Source of the DNA: Euglena gracilis | Lineage: Eukaryota | NCBI GenBank assembly: GCA_039621445.1 | Contig: CP154954.1 | Location: 39,641,816-39,705,815 of the forward strand | Direction: 5' to 3' | DNA length: 64,000 nt | Shown here: piece after piece, positions 23,116 through 35,322 of the stretch | How the letters are laid out: each line of letters opens with the position of its first letter | Numbering within the stretch: position 1 is the stretch's first letter | Notes under the pieces: model-generated | Told to the model about the DNA's origin: nothing | Seen by the model: only the letters and a program-made list of their open reading frames with translations | The model's database searches: none | Program-made: the position numbers and the translations under genes

Positions 23116-26100
23116 ATGTTGTGCAAAGTAGGAAAGGGTTCATGGGAAAGCTGGCAAGAAAACGTATTTTCGCCAGACCCTTCACTTTGCTTACCCCCCA
23201 TGGAACTTTTGGTCCAAGCGGAAATCAAAATCCAAAATTTTTGTGCAAAAGTCAAAATTCTCATTGACACTGGTTGTCGCATTGCACCACTTTTTCGGTT
23301 CGGGTTGATACCAACACCCCCCTTGGTGAAAGCCAAGAAGCCGATCAAAATTACGACGGCTGACAACACCCCCATGTGCGGTGGTGACTTGGGATGCATT
23401 TTGGACTTAATCCTACCCCTCATCCCCAAGCACCACTCACACCCCCCCCAACCGCAAAATTTTCCGGATAGCTGGGGATACGAATCCGGAATCCATGGTT
23501 CTGACGTAATTCTGGGATACCCCTTTTTACGTCAGCACCGGCTGGTAGTGGATTGCCACTCCCACGGTTTGCGCACATCACCATTCTCTTCATTGCCCCC
23601 CAAACCCTCATCACCAGTGGCGTTAACCGCGACAGCCACCAATTTTTCCACACCGTTTTCGAAAACTTTTACCCCGTTACCAACCACACCTACCAACGTT
23701 TTCCACACCGGGAGTACCGAGAAAGTTCACCCCCTGCCCATTGACACACCAACTTCCGTTCCCCATGAGGCAGGGCAAGCGAGAAGCGGTACCCCCCTCT
23801 TTCCACTGGGTTACAAGACGAAAGCCCAAAGGCCTGAAGTAATTACGGTGTCGAGTAGTCGCCCAGCTGCACCAATACCCCGTTTTCCACCAGATGTATC
23901 GCTTTCAGATACATCTGTACACCCCCCAGCAGCTACAAAAGCGCATTCCAACTTTTACACACACCACCACCAGACCAACATGCGCGACCAGGACCACTAC
24001 TCCGACACTTCCTTCCAATGTGTGCACTGTAGGAGAATTTACGCCCAGCCAGATTTCGATTGTGGATGTTTAGTCCAAACGCCAAACACTAACACCGATT
24101 TCGCGTACCCATACACTTGGTTGCAGATCGCAATGCACGACCGTACATCAAGTGCTACAACAACGAGGTATTGCCTTGTTGTTTGGGACCGCGAAATCCG
24201 TGTCACACACCTCCACCACCTCCATCTGGCATGTTATGGACTGGGTATGCACCCATCCAACCCATCAACCCTTGGGAATGCCCCTTGGGAGTGTGGATGA
24301 CACACCCTTGGCCTATGTTTGCGGTTCCCTGAATTGCGTTACCGCTCTTCGACCTGCGAACCAGGTTGACACATACGCGATGCGCGTATGGAACGAATTT
24401 AATTTTGGTCAATACCGTATTTTGGAGGAATGGTTCTCCAAAATCGCGGCTTTGGCTGATTCCTTCGATTTGTCGTTGGAAATTGATGCGTTTTCATCAC
24501 AAGCACATGCACGCTTGTCGCGACATTGGTCGCGACACTCCAACACATTCCTTAAAATTTGGGGTGATACGGTGCTTTGGTTGAACCCTCCCCCTAAACT
24601 TCTTCTGGCTGTGGTGTATAAAATCCTCCGCGATGAAGCGCGAGGATCTCTCCTCATACCCGTCAATCCGAATGCGGATTGGTTTCATCAAACTATCCTA
24701 TGTATGTTTTCATTGGTGGGATTTACCCGCTGATGTACCACTATTCGAGGACTTTTGTAGATTATTTTTACCACCTGTTAAAGAAATCATTTTTCGCGTT
24801 TGTTTCTTTGACGCATACGGAATATCCGATTTGCGTGTGCCAAGATACCCTGGTACCAATGGGGATGCCACACCCTCAACGCAGATTTCTGCGGTTATTG
24901 AGAGTGCGGACCAACACCCCAAGTCTGCTGACTATTGTTCGCGTATTACTCGCGAATTCCATGGTGTACTGGATAACCCAGTTTACGCCTGCGACATCGA
25001 CCCCGCGATTCGCGGTCTGTTCGGTGTTTGCAAAATCGAGCTCAAGGATGGCGCTAAGCCCATGCACCGGAAATTCTTCCGTTGTTCGGTTAAACGCGAA
25101 CAAGCTCTCAACGAGATGATTGAGAAGCTCATCCAGCGGAAGTGGATTATCCCTTCCAAGAGCGAATGGACATCACAAGCTTTTGTGGTGCCCAAACCCG
25201 CTGACCAGTCTGGTCAGAACAAGTGGAGATTGGTGCTGGATTACCGGTACCTGAACTCCCAAACGAAGGATGACCCCTTCCCGTTACAGCTGATCGAGGA
25301 TTTGATCACCAAACAATCGGATAACAGGTTGTGGTCAATCTTTGATCTAGAAGACGGTTTTCATCAGATGTATTTGCACCCTGATTCACAACCGTACACG
25401 GCATTCGTGACATCCAAGGGTGTGTACCAATGGACGGTACTCCCTATGGGTGTTAAGAATGGCCCAGCCATGTTTCAACGCATGATCCAGTGGGTTTTGC
25501 GCGAATTACCGTTTGCTCTGGTGTACATCGATGATGTACTGGTGGGAACCCAACCGCCATCCGCGAAATCGGGCGAGGATATCCTCGAACCGCATTATCG
25601 CGATGAGCGGGCGGTATTATCCGCGTTCAAAAAGCATGTGCTTTTTGTCAAGGGTTCCAAAATGCACCTGTTTCGCAAAATTATTAAGTTTTGCGGGCAT
25701 ATCCTGAGCAACGGGCAGCGTCAAGCCGCACCCAGCAAGATGGAGGCCATTAAGAAATGGACTCCTGAGGTCATTAAGACCTTAACGCATTTAAAGGGAT
25801 TTTTGGGATTAGCCCAATACTACGCGATTTACATGAAAGATTTCGCGAAAATCGCGGTACCCCTAACCCGACAACTCAAAAATCGGACACCCGATAACGC
25901 AAAAGTCATTTGGGATGACCAAATGCGCGAGGCCTTAAATAAAATCAAGGACTTGCTCGTCGAGAACGTGGTTCTCGATATCGCGGATCCATACAAACCG
26001 TACGTCCTGGAGGTCGACAGCAGCGATTACGCTGTTGGCGGGGTTCTTATCCAGCATAATGCGGAAAATGAACTCCGACCTGTGGCTTTCTTCAGCAGGA

Positions 26101-26228
26101 AGCTACAGGGCGACAACGGGAAAGGACAGGTTAAACGGAGCGTTCGCGAAAAGGAGACATATGCCATTGTGCTAATTCTCCAGAAATTCCGCAGCTGGAT
26201 AGCCAGCAGCCTGGTCCAGATACTGGTG
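23116..26228 (+). pseudogene. pol: pol of A, 5' part: aspartic protease, Cys/His segment, MTase, RT, RNase H (cut by element B)
   Basis: ILIDTGC; WLNPP; RLVLDYRYLN, FDLEDGFHQM, LPMGVKNGP, YIDD; EVDSSDYAVG, PVAFFSRKL, EKETYAIV. Frameshifts near 24080 and 24690. Confidence 0.95.
24410..24815 (+). other. Dam-like / DIRS-MT-like amino-methyltransferase domain within A pol
   Basis: IDAFSS motif, NPPP at 24584-24595, LLIP..ADWF. One frameshift near 24690 relative to A'. Confidence 0.8.
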
Positions 26229-27315
26229 TGACGACCGTTTGAGGTCGACCGCCGGGCGGCGGAGTTTTTCCCTTTTAGAAGGCCTTTTGAGGGCGGTTTT
26301 GCTCTAATTTTAAGGCTTTCTAAAGATTTCCATTAAAATTCCCTCTCCCAGGGCGCCCATGGTTTGGTTGTGCAAGGAGAGAGATTGAGTGATGCTAGGT
26401 ATTCCCAAAGGGTGATTTTGGGTTTTTAGCACAATTTAAGCTTTTTATGCATTTCTCCTTTGGTTTTGAGGGAAAATGTTGGATTTAGTGAGAGCGCTTG
26501 CAAGCGCTTGGAACAGAATTTTAAGAGATTGGCGCCTGAGTTCCTGGAGTTTTTGCAGGGGTTTGCAAAGCTCAATAATGATGGAATTCAGCATAATTTA
26601 TCAAAATCAAGGGGGGAAACCTTGATTTTGACTTTGGTTGGTTGATTTTGATGCAATGGGCAAGAATTTGGGATTTGAGAGCGCTTAGGAATCAGCGCAC
26701 TCAATCCTAAATTTAACTGCCCATCAAGGGCATCAAAATCATTTTCTTTTCACAGGGTTTTCCTCTTTACCTTTTACACCATTGTACTTGTTGTGGCAAT
26801 TACATCCAATTACAATCAAGAATTGAGTTTGGAATTTCAATTGCAATGGAAGATCAACAAAATCAATCATTTGAAGAAGGAGAGGTTTGTCTTCCCCCCA
26901 CCTCATCTGTGGGAAAAGGGGCAGGGGGGTGGGTCTCTTCAACTCAGGCAACCACAGGCCATTTTTCACCCCAAAACCCCCTTTTTGGCCCAGAAACTGT
27001 GAGAAATGACACCCAGGGGGGGGTGTTGGCTCTCACTGGTTCAGCTGAGCAGGGAGGGGTTGAAACCCCAAAGGCACCCCCCTTGGAGATCCCAGTGACA
27101 CCCCCCTCAGGGGTCGGGGAGGGTCCACTGGGAAGTTCCTCCTTGGAAATGATGGCCCAGTTTCGGCCACAGGGGGGGCCAGAATGGGAAAAAATTTCCG
27201 ACACAAGTCGGCTCGAGGAGCCAAAAAACGACCCTACGCCGGAAACTGGCCCGGGGCGGGGGTTTCCGCTTCACCCCAGCGCTGCCGGGGGACACGGCAG
27301 CACGGGTGTGAAAAA
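26229..27315 (+). repeat. 5' LTR of B (1087 bp)
   Basis: Direct repeat of 38149-39236, with roughly ten differences seen by eye. Confidence 0.97.
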
Positions 27316-30300
27316 TGGTAAGCAGAGGTTGATCCTTCAGCCTTCTGTCGGAAATTTTGGGTTTGAAATCCCTGCTCAGAATGTTTTCTTTGATGATCAG
27401 CCAATGGCCCAATCTCAGTTGGCAAATCTGACGATTGGAGTTTCGGGGAACAGGGAGTTGGGACCCGAAACCAGTTTATCTGAACTCAGAACCCCCACAA
27501 ATATGGGACAGATGTTGGAATTTCAGGGTGGGGATGGCCAGGTTGTCATTTCCAACCAACCGTGTTTTCCAGAGCCTTTTTCAGGGGTTTTGCCTTTGCA
27601 AAATATGGGGTACGGTTTTGTGCTGCCTGAGTTGCAACCTCTCCCAGACTTTTCATGGGTACAAAATTTAGGGAATCTGCCATCATTACCCGCTTTTGCA
27701 TTGCCTTTGCCTCCAGCTCAACCAGTTTCTTCAACACCAGCCCAAGAGCCGGTGGCACTTTTGCAGTTTTCCCAACCATCCCAGGTAGATGGGCTGGCGA
27801 AGGAAACGGGAAGTGCCTCGGCAGGGCAGGGGGGTGATAACCCCAGCCCAGTTTTCTTTGAAAAGCAAGCACAGGTCAATGTGCTGGGCTTAAACGATAA
27901 TAATAACTGGGACAGCGGCGAACGGGTCAGAGCAGAAGTCGAGCAGGCAGAGGAAAACCCGAAGGACCAGCCCAGCTCTACTTCTGCTCGACGACCCCGA
28001 ACACCGGCTTCATCACCAGGCAGTGATGAAGTTCAGCAAAAACGGCTGCACCGTGAGGTTGATCACGGTCAGCCAGCAGCTGCTGCAGCCCCCCAGCCTC
28101 CTCATATTTTCATCGAGGGGGGTGAGGAGGAGGTCCAACCCCCAGCCTATGAAAGTTCTGAAGCCACCCCCAGGGGGGGTTCACAAAATCAGGGATTTGA
28201 AGACCCCTGGCGGCAATTTTTACAAAGTAACAGAGACCTCCAGTGGACTGTGCAGCACCTGACTTTTCGGGTTTTGGCTTTGGAAAAAGCCAACGAAGAG
28301 TGGGTTCTGCAACAGCAGCAGCAGCAGCAACAACCCCCCGCAGTCGACATCCACCTGGTGGAGCACATGGCTGCACGAATCGAAGAAACGGCCAGGGCTG
28401 ACTGCCTCCATATTTTTGAACTTTTTGAGAAAAAATGTGAAGCCCAGGTGCAAATTTCTGTGCAAAAAATTGACGCACAGGCACTTGAACTTTTTGTTGG
28501 GCAGGAAAAAAGTTTTGAGGAAAAACTGGCCCAGCAGTTTTCTTCGAGCCGTGATCAGTTTTTGGCCCTGAGGCAGGAATTTTTACGAATTTTGGACAAC
28601 CTGCCACAGGAAATTTTGAAACAAGTGCAAAATCAGGTGGCTGCCTTTCCAATTAAGGATCTCGTGCTTGAAAATTTTCAGCGGTTTGCTGAGAATTTTA
28701 AAGCCGCCCAGCCAGCTCAGGGGGGGGAGGCAGAAACTCTCCAGGAGCTGGCCGTTGTCGCTGCCAAAATCGTTGAAGTTCAGGCTGACCTGGTATCGCT
28801 GCGTAGTACGGTACAGGGCCAGGCTCAGCAGCTCCAGCAGTTCGCTGATTATGTTCGCCAGCTGGGTGAGCAAAATTGAGCAATGAATACGGCCCTCCAT
28901 GGTTTTGGTGGTGGTATTCAGAAACTGCACCAGAATATTTCAGATGAAGTAGGGAAACGACACTCAGAAATGCAAAAACTGTTGACGGATTGTCAGCAGA
29001 ATTTTCAGAGTGTTCATCAGCAGATTTTTTCCCAGGAGAAAAAATTTGGTGGGCTGGTGGAGGAATTAAGGCAGGGACTTGCAAAAGTTGGGGGGAACAC
29101 TTTCGAGTTGCAGAAAGTGTTGCAGGATTTACAAAAAAATGGACCCGTACACCCAACTGCAGAACCGAGAGGAGTTTTGCAGAAAATTTCTGACATGTGG
29201 TGGCTGCGGCAGGGCAGCCAGCAGCCCCTACACCCAGTGGAGCTGCCACAGCCTGGGCAGCAGCTGGCCCAGCAGCCCGTCGTCCAGCTAGCCCAGCAGC
29301 CTGGCCAGCCAGCAGGCCAGTCGCAGCCTGCTCACGGGCTGCCAAGGGGGCTGGGCCTGCCGTCGGCTGGACAGCAGCAGCCCCTGGGGCAGCCTTCCAG
29401 CTCACTGGCCAGCACGGTGCCCAGTGCTGACCCAGCATTTTCAGATCAGATTATTTCTCAGAATAAATCTGCAAGTTCAAACATTTCCCCTCCCTTAGTT
29501 ATTGAGGGGGGATTTGTTTTGGAGGACACACAAGATACGGCAGTGGTTTCTTCTGTGTCATTGTGTGTCCCCCCACATGTTCCTGCAGCCCCTGCTTTCT
29601 CGATTAGGCCCATCGGGACAGGGGGGGCTGCAGCCAACCCAGGTAACGGGTTGGGTTTTCCTTTTATCGGTGACCCAGTAGCTTTTGAAATTTTGCAGGG
29701 AGGTGCTAAGCCCTATTTTGATGAAGCGGGCAGCATTTCCTGGCAAGATTTTGAAGTAGATTGGAATCTTTACTGGGATAGGTTGACATCAGGGAAACCG
29801 TATTCTGATTTGCAAAAGCTGCAGGTTTTTGAGGCATGTTTAGGACCCAGATTAAGGGAGGAAATCAGGCTCTATCGGTTGAATGGAGCTAAATTAAGTT
29901 ACCCCACCATATTAGCCCAATTCCAGAACCGTTATGCCTCGAGTAAGGGGCTGACGGCTCGGAAAATATGGCAGGAGGTAACTATGGTAAACGAAGGAAA
30001 AATTACCCGGGCTGATCTGCAAGAATTTTGGATTAAATTTTGCAGTGCCTGGCACCATGTAAAGGATGCCACAGCTGGGGAGGCTCGGAGATTATTTTTG
30101 GAAAGAATTCCTCCTTTTTTAAGCAAGTTTTGCATAGAAGAGGAGGATAACCGAGCCCGTAAACAACCCATTGTCAGGCTCACAGGGATACCAAATCCCA
30201 CGGTGGATGGGATTAAAAGGAGTGTGAGCCAGATCACAGGGGGTATTGATCCACGGAAAGTGGTTATCAAAAACCCTGGTGCCATTTGCCTTATTTTCAG

Positions 30301-31026
30301 TTCTTCGGAGGAGGCACTGAAATTAACAGCCGTAAATGGAAGGAAATTGCAGGGAATGGAAAATTTCCTCAACGCCGAATTGGTGGAACAACTAATGACC
30401 GTTGAGGAAATGTTTGCTTTTGCCGAGGGCAGGTTGGCTCTTCGGGAGAAGCAGGATTTGGCTTTGAATCAGCACCATTTTCCCAGATTATTCAGCAAAT
30501 CGACAACAAAAGGCTCGGGGAAAATACAGGTGTTGGAAAAAGGCCAGACCCCCCCGGTGTCCCCAACATCCGTTTCAGCACCAGCGGCCGGGGGGCAGGG
30601 TCACACCTCAAAATCTGCCCCACAGCCAGCTCCAAAGGGAGATAAGGGGCCAGCCCAGCCAGCCCAGCGGGGCAGGTCCCCTTCTTCGTCTTCGCGGCCA
30701 GGTGCAGCTTCATGGTCGCGAACCCAAAGTCCAGCACCCCCAGCCCGGCAAGGCAAGGGCAGACCTGGACCCCGCAGGCATCGGGTCGGGGCAGGTCGCC
30801 ATACCCATGCTTCAACTGTGGGGAGGGTTGATATTATTTCTATGAGTGTGATAAACCGCTGAGTGAGGCCCTTGCTAAATCTAAGGAATTTTGGCAAAAT
30901 AATGGAAAAGGCAAGGGGCAGCCCAAGGGTAAAGGGCAGCCAGCCACTCAGCGAAATTCCTCAGGCAAGGGGGGTGCATGGTCAAAGGGGGGTGGGCCCA
31001 CCTCTTCTCCCCCTGGGGCCCAATAG
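26846..31026 (+). pseudogene. gag: gag of B, starting inside the LTR; internal TGA and a late frameshift
   Basis: ORFs 26846..28879 and 28883..30862 are in one frame. A degenerate knuckle, CFNCGEG*YYFYEC, lies at ~30808-30850 in a shifted frame that ends at TAG 31026. Confidence 0.8.
27316..27335 (+). promoter_or_regulatory. Primer binding site of B (tRNA-iMet-like, imperfect)
   Basis: TGGTAAGCAGAGGTTGATCC directly after the 5' LTR. Confidence 0.75.
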
Positions 31027-31300
31027 AGGGGCCAGGGGCAGTTTGAGAAGGGGGGGGGCTGCCCATGGCCGTGTCTCTCCCCCCTGTGAGGAAAACGGTG
31101 TAAATATTTCTGATTCAAAAAACTGGGTTGTACAGGATTTTATGGCTGATTCAGGGTGTGGTGAAAAACATTCTTTGGATCAGCCCCCCAGATCTTTGAA
31201 TCGGACTCGTTACTCCTGGAGGGAAGGGAAATGTTCAAGGGTTCCCATTTTGCATACAAACCTGCCACAGCCCAACCCCCCACCATCAGCCCAGCGACCT

Positions 31301-31485
31301 CAGGCATTAGACTTATTCGCTGGCACGGGTTCAGTAGGGAGGCGGTTGGCAGAACGGGGGTATGAAGTTTTGTCAATTGAAAATGCTCCTTGGACGGACT
31401 TCCACCCCCACACAGACATTTTGACCTGGGACTACAGGCGATACCCGGTTGGATTTTTTGAGGTTATTGCCGCAAGTCCCCCCTG
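31301..31485 (+). pseudogene. C5-cytosine DNA methyltransferase, N-terminal half (motifs I-IV)
   Basis: ALDLFAGTGS (motif I), SIE (II), DILTWDY (III), FEVIAASPP followed by TG of the expected catalytic Cys codon (IV). Confidence 0.9.
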
Positions 31486-34400
31486 GCTCCCGTAAATCCT
31501 TTTGCTAGGTGGGGGATCGCCACTATCCAACCGGAGTGACGATCCACACACACAAGCATGGAGTCGTAAGAATTCCCTTCCCACTCCACGAGAGGCATGC
31601 TAAACATGTCAAGGGCCATCGAATACATTACGGCTGGGGGTATGGGTGTAGATTCCACTAAACCCTTAAGACTCGCCGGCCTTCGGCACGCTTGGCAAGT
31701 CCCACAAAGGCCCATGACTCCTTTAGCAAAATCTCGAGCGAGTGAGGAATCAGCCCAATCATACCTAAGGGACATGCATTCCCATAGCCTTGGGAATCCC
31801 ACATGCCCTTGGTATGAGTGGTGATCCCGAATGAGTTTTTCTTGGAGAGATTTGGGCACACAAAGCCTCTCCTCGAAAAACATTTTGTCACCAAAAACCT
31901 TTATATTTTCAGGCCACGGCACCTTTGAATCCTGGGTAGCTTGAAAAATTGGTGACCAACGGGGACATTTTAAATATTCCTCCTTCCACGATAAATCCCA
32001 CACAGAACCAGGGGGGATGGGTGAGGAATCGGTTGTAGAAGTGGCTTCCCCCCCCCTAACCACTCAAACCACCTGAAGACAACACAGGTGATTCTCGGTC
32101 TGCCCCAGGTACCTCAGTGGTAGCCGCAGCAGCAGGTTCAGGGGTTGGCATTGTTGGCGAAGCTGGTATAGAAGTGGGTGTCAATGGAAAATGCTCCCCC
32201 CTTGGCTCTTGGACCTCCTCCACAAGACTTGTCTCATTCCCAAACTCGTCAACCCGAGTTGAGAATGAAACATGTTTTCCTTTTTCTCCCTTGGGGGTGG
32301 AGGTTGAACCCATACCCTGGGGTTTTGTTCCTCCAAGTGGTTCTGACTTCCTATCCCCCGGTCGTGTGCACCGTCCACCCGCGTCCCCGGACCCCGTGGT
32401 AGCACCACCCCGTGTGGTGACTCCACGAATGTATGTGTTGGCTGTGGTTGGTTGGTCCACCAACCGTAGCCACATACATTCGGCTTCCTCCATTTTTTCT
32501 GTTTGAATGATTTCCCTCATTTCCTCGGTGTCAAGGGCTGACCCATGCCTTGAAATGTCCTTCAAGGCTTGGGAGGCCGGGTAAGCCTATCTTGACAACA
32601 AATCGGCTATGGTATTCTCCCGCCCCGGGATATACCCAACCGACAAGTCAAATTTTGATAAAATCTGATGCCACCTAGCCCTTCTCCCAATGGGACCACT
32701 TGGCGTGTCTAGAACCTCTCTAGCCCAAGATTCTAGAGCCTTGTGGTCCGTGAGAACCAGGACGGGCTGCAGCCCAATCCATGATTCCCACTTTTGTAAG
32801 GCTAGGATTATGGCATAAGTCTCCTGTTCCCTAGGTACCCAGTTTCTTTGGCTGCCCGTTAGCTTCCTACTCATGAAGGCGACAGGCACAGTACGCTTGG
32901 CCCGTACATCTTCTGGAGTAGGAGCCCTATCCTCCCCAACCAATTGTTCAAGGGTGGCACCAACCGCATACTGGCTGGCATCCACTCTTAAAACAAATGG
33001 TTTGTCTGGCTTAACGTGTTGTAAAATTAATTCACTGCACAACAGTGATTTAATTTTTTCAAATGCCTCAATGTCGGATGGCTCCCAAGAAATCCTTTTC
33101 TTGGAACCCTTCTTGCCGTCCACTCGTGAAACTTTGAGCTTATCTTGAAGGCAAGCGACAATGTGGGCGTAATCCTTCACATAGGAGCTGTAATAATTTG
33201 TGAACCCCAAAAAAGCACGTAGACCCGTGATTGTTTGGGGTAGCTCCCATTTTTCAATGGCCATCAGCTTTCCAGGGGATGGTTTTCTCACCCCACCACC
33301 CAGAACATGGCCACAAAACTCAACTTCTTTTACGAAAAGACGGCATTTTCTTTTGTCAGCTACAAATCTGTCTTTTCGTAAAACTTCAAGGACTCTTCGC
33401 AAATCCTTGTCGTGTGCTGCGAGTAAATCCTCACCAGGACCCACTCGAGTTCCAATCAAAATGTCGTCGATGTAAGGATCAGCCACGTCCCCCACTGGGA
33501 AGAGGCGATCCTCCATCATTTGTTGAAACTGCTGGCTTGCGTTTGTTAGACCCATCACATTAACCCTCCACTGAAAAAGACCGAGGGGGGTACTACAACA
33601 TGTGATGGGCCGGCTTTCCGGATCCAACGGCTGTTGGTGGAAAGCCTGCCGTAAATCCAAGATGGAAAACATCATGTTTCCACCTTGTTTTACCAGGAGG
33701 TCTTCAATTACGGGAAGGGGGTAGGACACACGCCTAGTTTGACTGTTAGGCCCCCGCATGTCTACCACTCCCCTCCATTCACCTCCTTTTTTCGGCACTA
33801 CAAACGTTACGGACAGCCATTCCGAAACTGTTCCCTTGGGTAATCGCTCAACAAATTTCCGGTCCCACCATTCCTGTGTGACCTTTTTGTGAGCTTCAAA
33901 TCTTTCACCATGTAAGACAAAGGGTTTTTGCCTTGTGGGTACAGCCCCCTCCTTCAGAGGAATCTGGGCGTAACCATAAGGTCCCCGTACGGGAGGGTCA
34001 GGGGGTACCTCCGTACCCAACACCTCCCCTTCATAATCCTGAAAAATTTTATCCCGAAATGCTACCACCCTGGGGTCCTCCTTCTCACCCGAATCGCGAG
34101 CCTGGATTATGGCATTCACTGCCTTGTCCTCGGCTGGCGATTCGTTGAGATGCTTGGCTATGGTATGCAATTCCTTCTTGCCAAGGAATTTTGGTTGCAT
34201 ATCAAAGCCTTGCAAGGGTAGGTGCAAATTCATTTTTTGCAGGTCCAACCACACCTTTTCTTTTTCCAGGGACTCCGTGGTTGGTGCGTTTTCAGGGGAT
34301 TCACCGGAGTCAGAAACCACAACCCCAATTCTTTTTTGTGAATTGTGTTTTTTCTTCCCCTTATGGGATTTCCGTTTCTGATTTCTTGTATCCCACCCGT

Positions 34401-35322
34401 ACAAGAAAGTCAGATTAGGATTGTCAAAAACCAAAGCCTTATGGTGTGGGAACACACCCAGACCATGTTCGGCTAACCATGGAAATGATAATATAGCATC
34501 TACCTCAATATCCGCGAGGTAGAATTCCCCTTCGAGGTACAAGGCCTGGGTGCCCCCCTGCCCCGTACCCCTGCGTTGAAAACCCAACTCCAACTTAATA
34601 CACTGGTCGCCCCCCAAAACACATTGGCCGTTGGCAGCCACCAGCTGAATTGGCATTTGCGGTGACCTGGCCAAATGTTTTGGGACGATGGACCTTTTGA
34701 CCAGGTTCACCTGGGCTCCCGTGTCAACCAAAATTCTGAGCTGCCTGGCATCTCCGTTAGGGAGATACGTCTGTGATGACATCAAAAGTTGCAGCTCGTT
34801 TTCAATGGGCAACACCTGATTAACCTTCAAGGTGTTGGCCAAATGACGACAACGGTCTGTAATTTCCCATTCCTCAAAATCCTGGGAATTTTGGGAAATT
34901 TCTTTGGGCTGGCCCCCCAGAATATCCCCAGCACTTAGGAGATAATCAATCACCAGGGGGGGTATCCTTCCTTTTTGTCGGGAGGTAAACTTCATTTTTC
35001 TGCCCCCCAACAATTCACGGTGCCGGAACTGCCCATTGTCCCCCATCACCAGGTTAGGACATGATTCGCCATCACACAACACCGACCGTAGTTGTGAAAT
35101 GGCTGGGCAGCACCAGAAACGTGTGGGCTTTTTATAACCCCAATCCGAAAACTGACAATAATCAATGTCGATAAAGGGCAGGTTTTTCACCACCTCCCTA
35201 TTTCGCAAGAGACCAGTGCGGGGGTTCTCCAACCACCACAACTTTGGCTGAAAATAATTTATAATTTCCAGGGCTTTCTCCACCAGGGCATCCGCCTGGG
35301 AGAAATCCCTCGGCCTGGGGTT
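31486..35322 (-). pseudogene. pol: Inverted segment of B pol: MTase C-half, protease, RT, RNase H, linker, integrase N-part
   Basis: ORF 32587..35370 holds WWLENP, ILVDTGA, LDLRQAFHQ, YIDD, VDASQYAVG and LTDH. ORF 31464..32063 holds HHSYQGH..CGTC and ALDMFS..VCVDRHSG. Confidence 0.95.
34935..35322 (-). pseudogene. C5-cytosine DNA methyltransferase, C-terminal half (motifs VI-X), in frame with the protease
   Basis: RDFSQADALVEKALEIINYFQPKLWWLENP (motif VI), YCQFSDWGYKKPTRFW (VIII-like), RIPPLVIDYLL (X-like). Confidence 0.85.

Noticed and set aside
8452-26228. Family A as a DIRS element because of the MT domain
   Set aside because: It has an aspartic protease, DDE integrase, chromodomain, direct LTRs, PBS and PPT, and no tyrosine recombinase.
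31486-35322. Minus-strand pol as a separate nested element
   Set aside because: It has no LTRs or TSD of its own, and both ends complete domains broken on the flanks, so it is an inversion.
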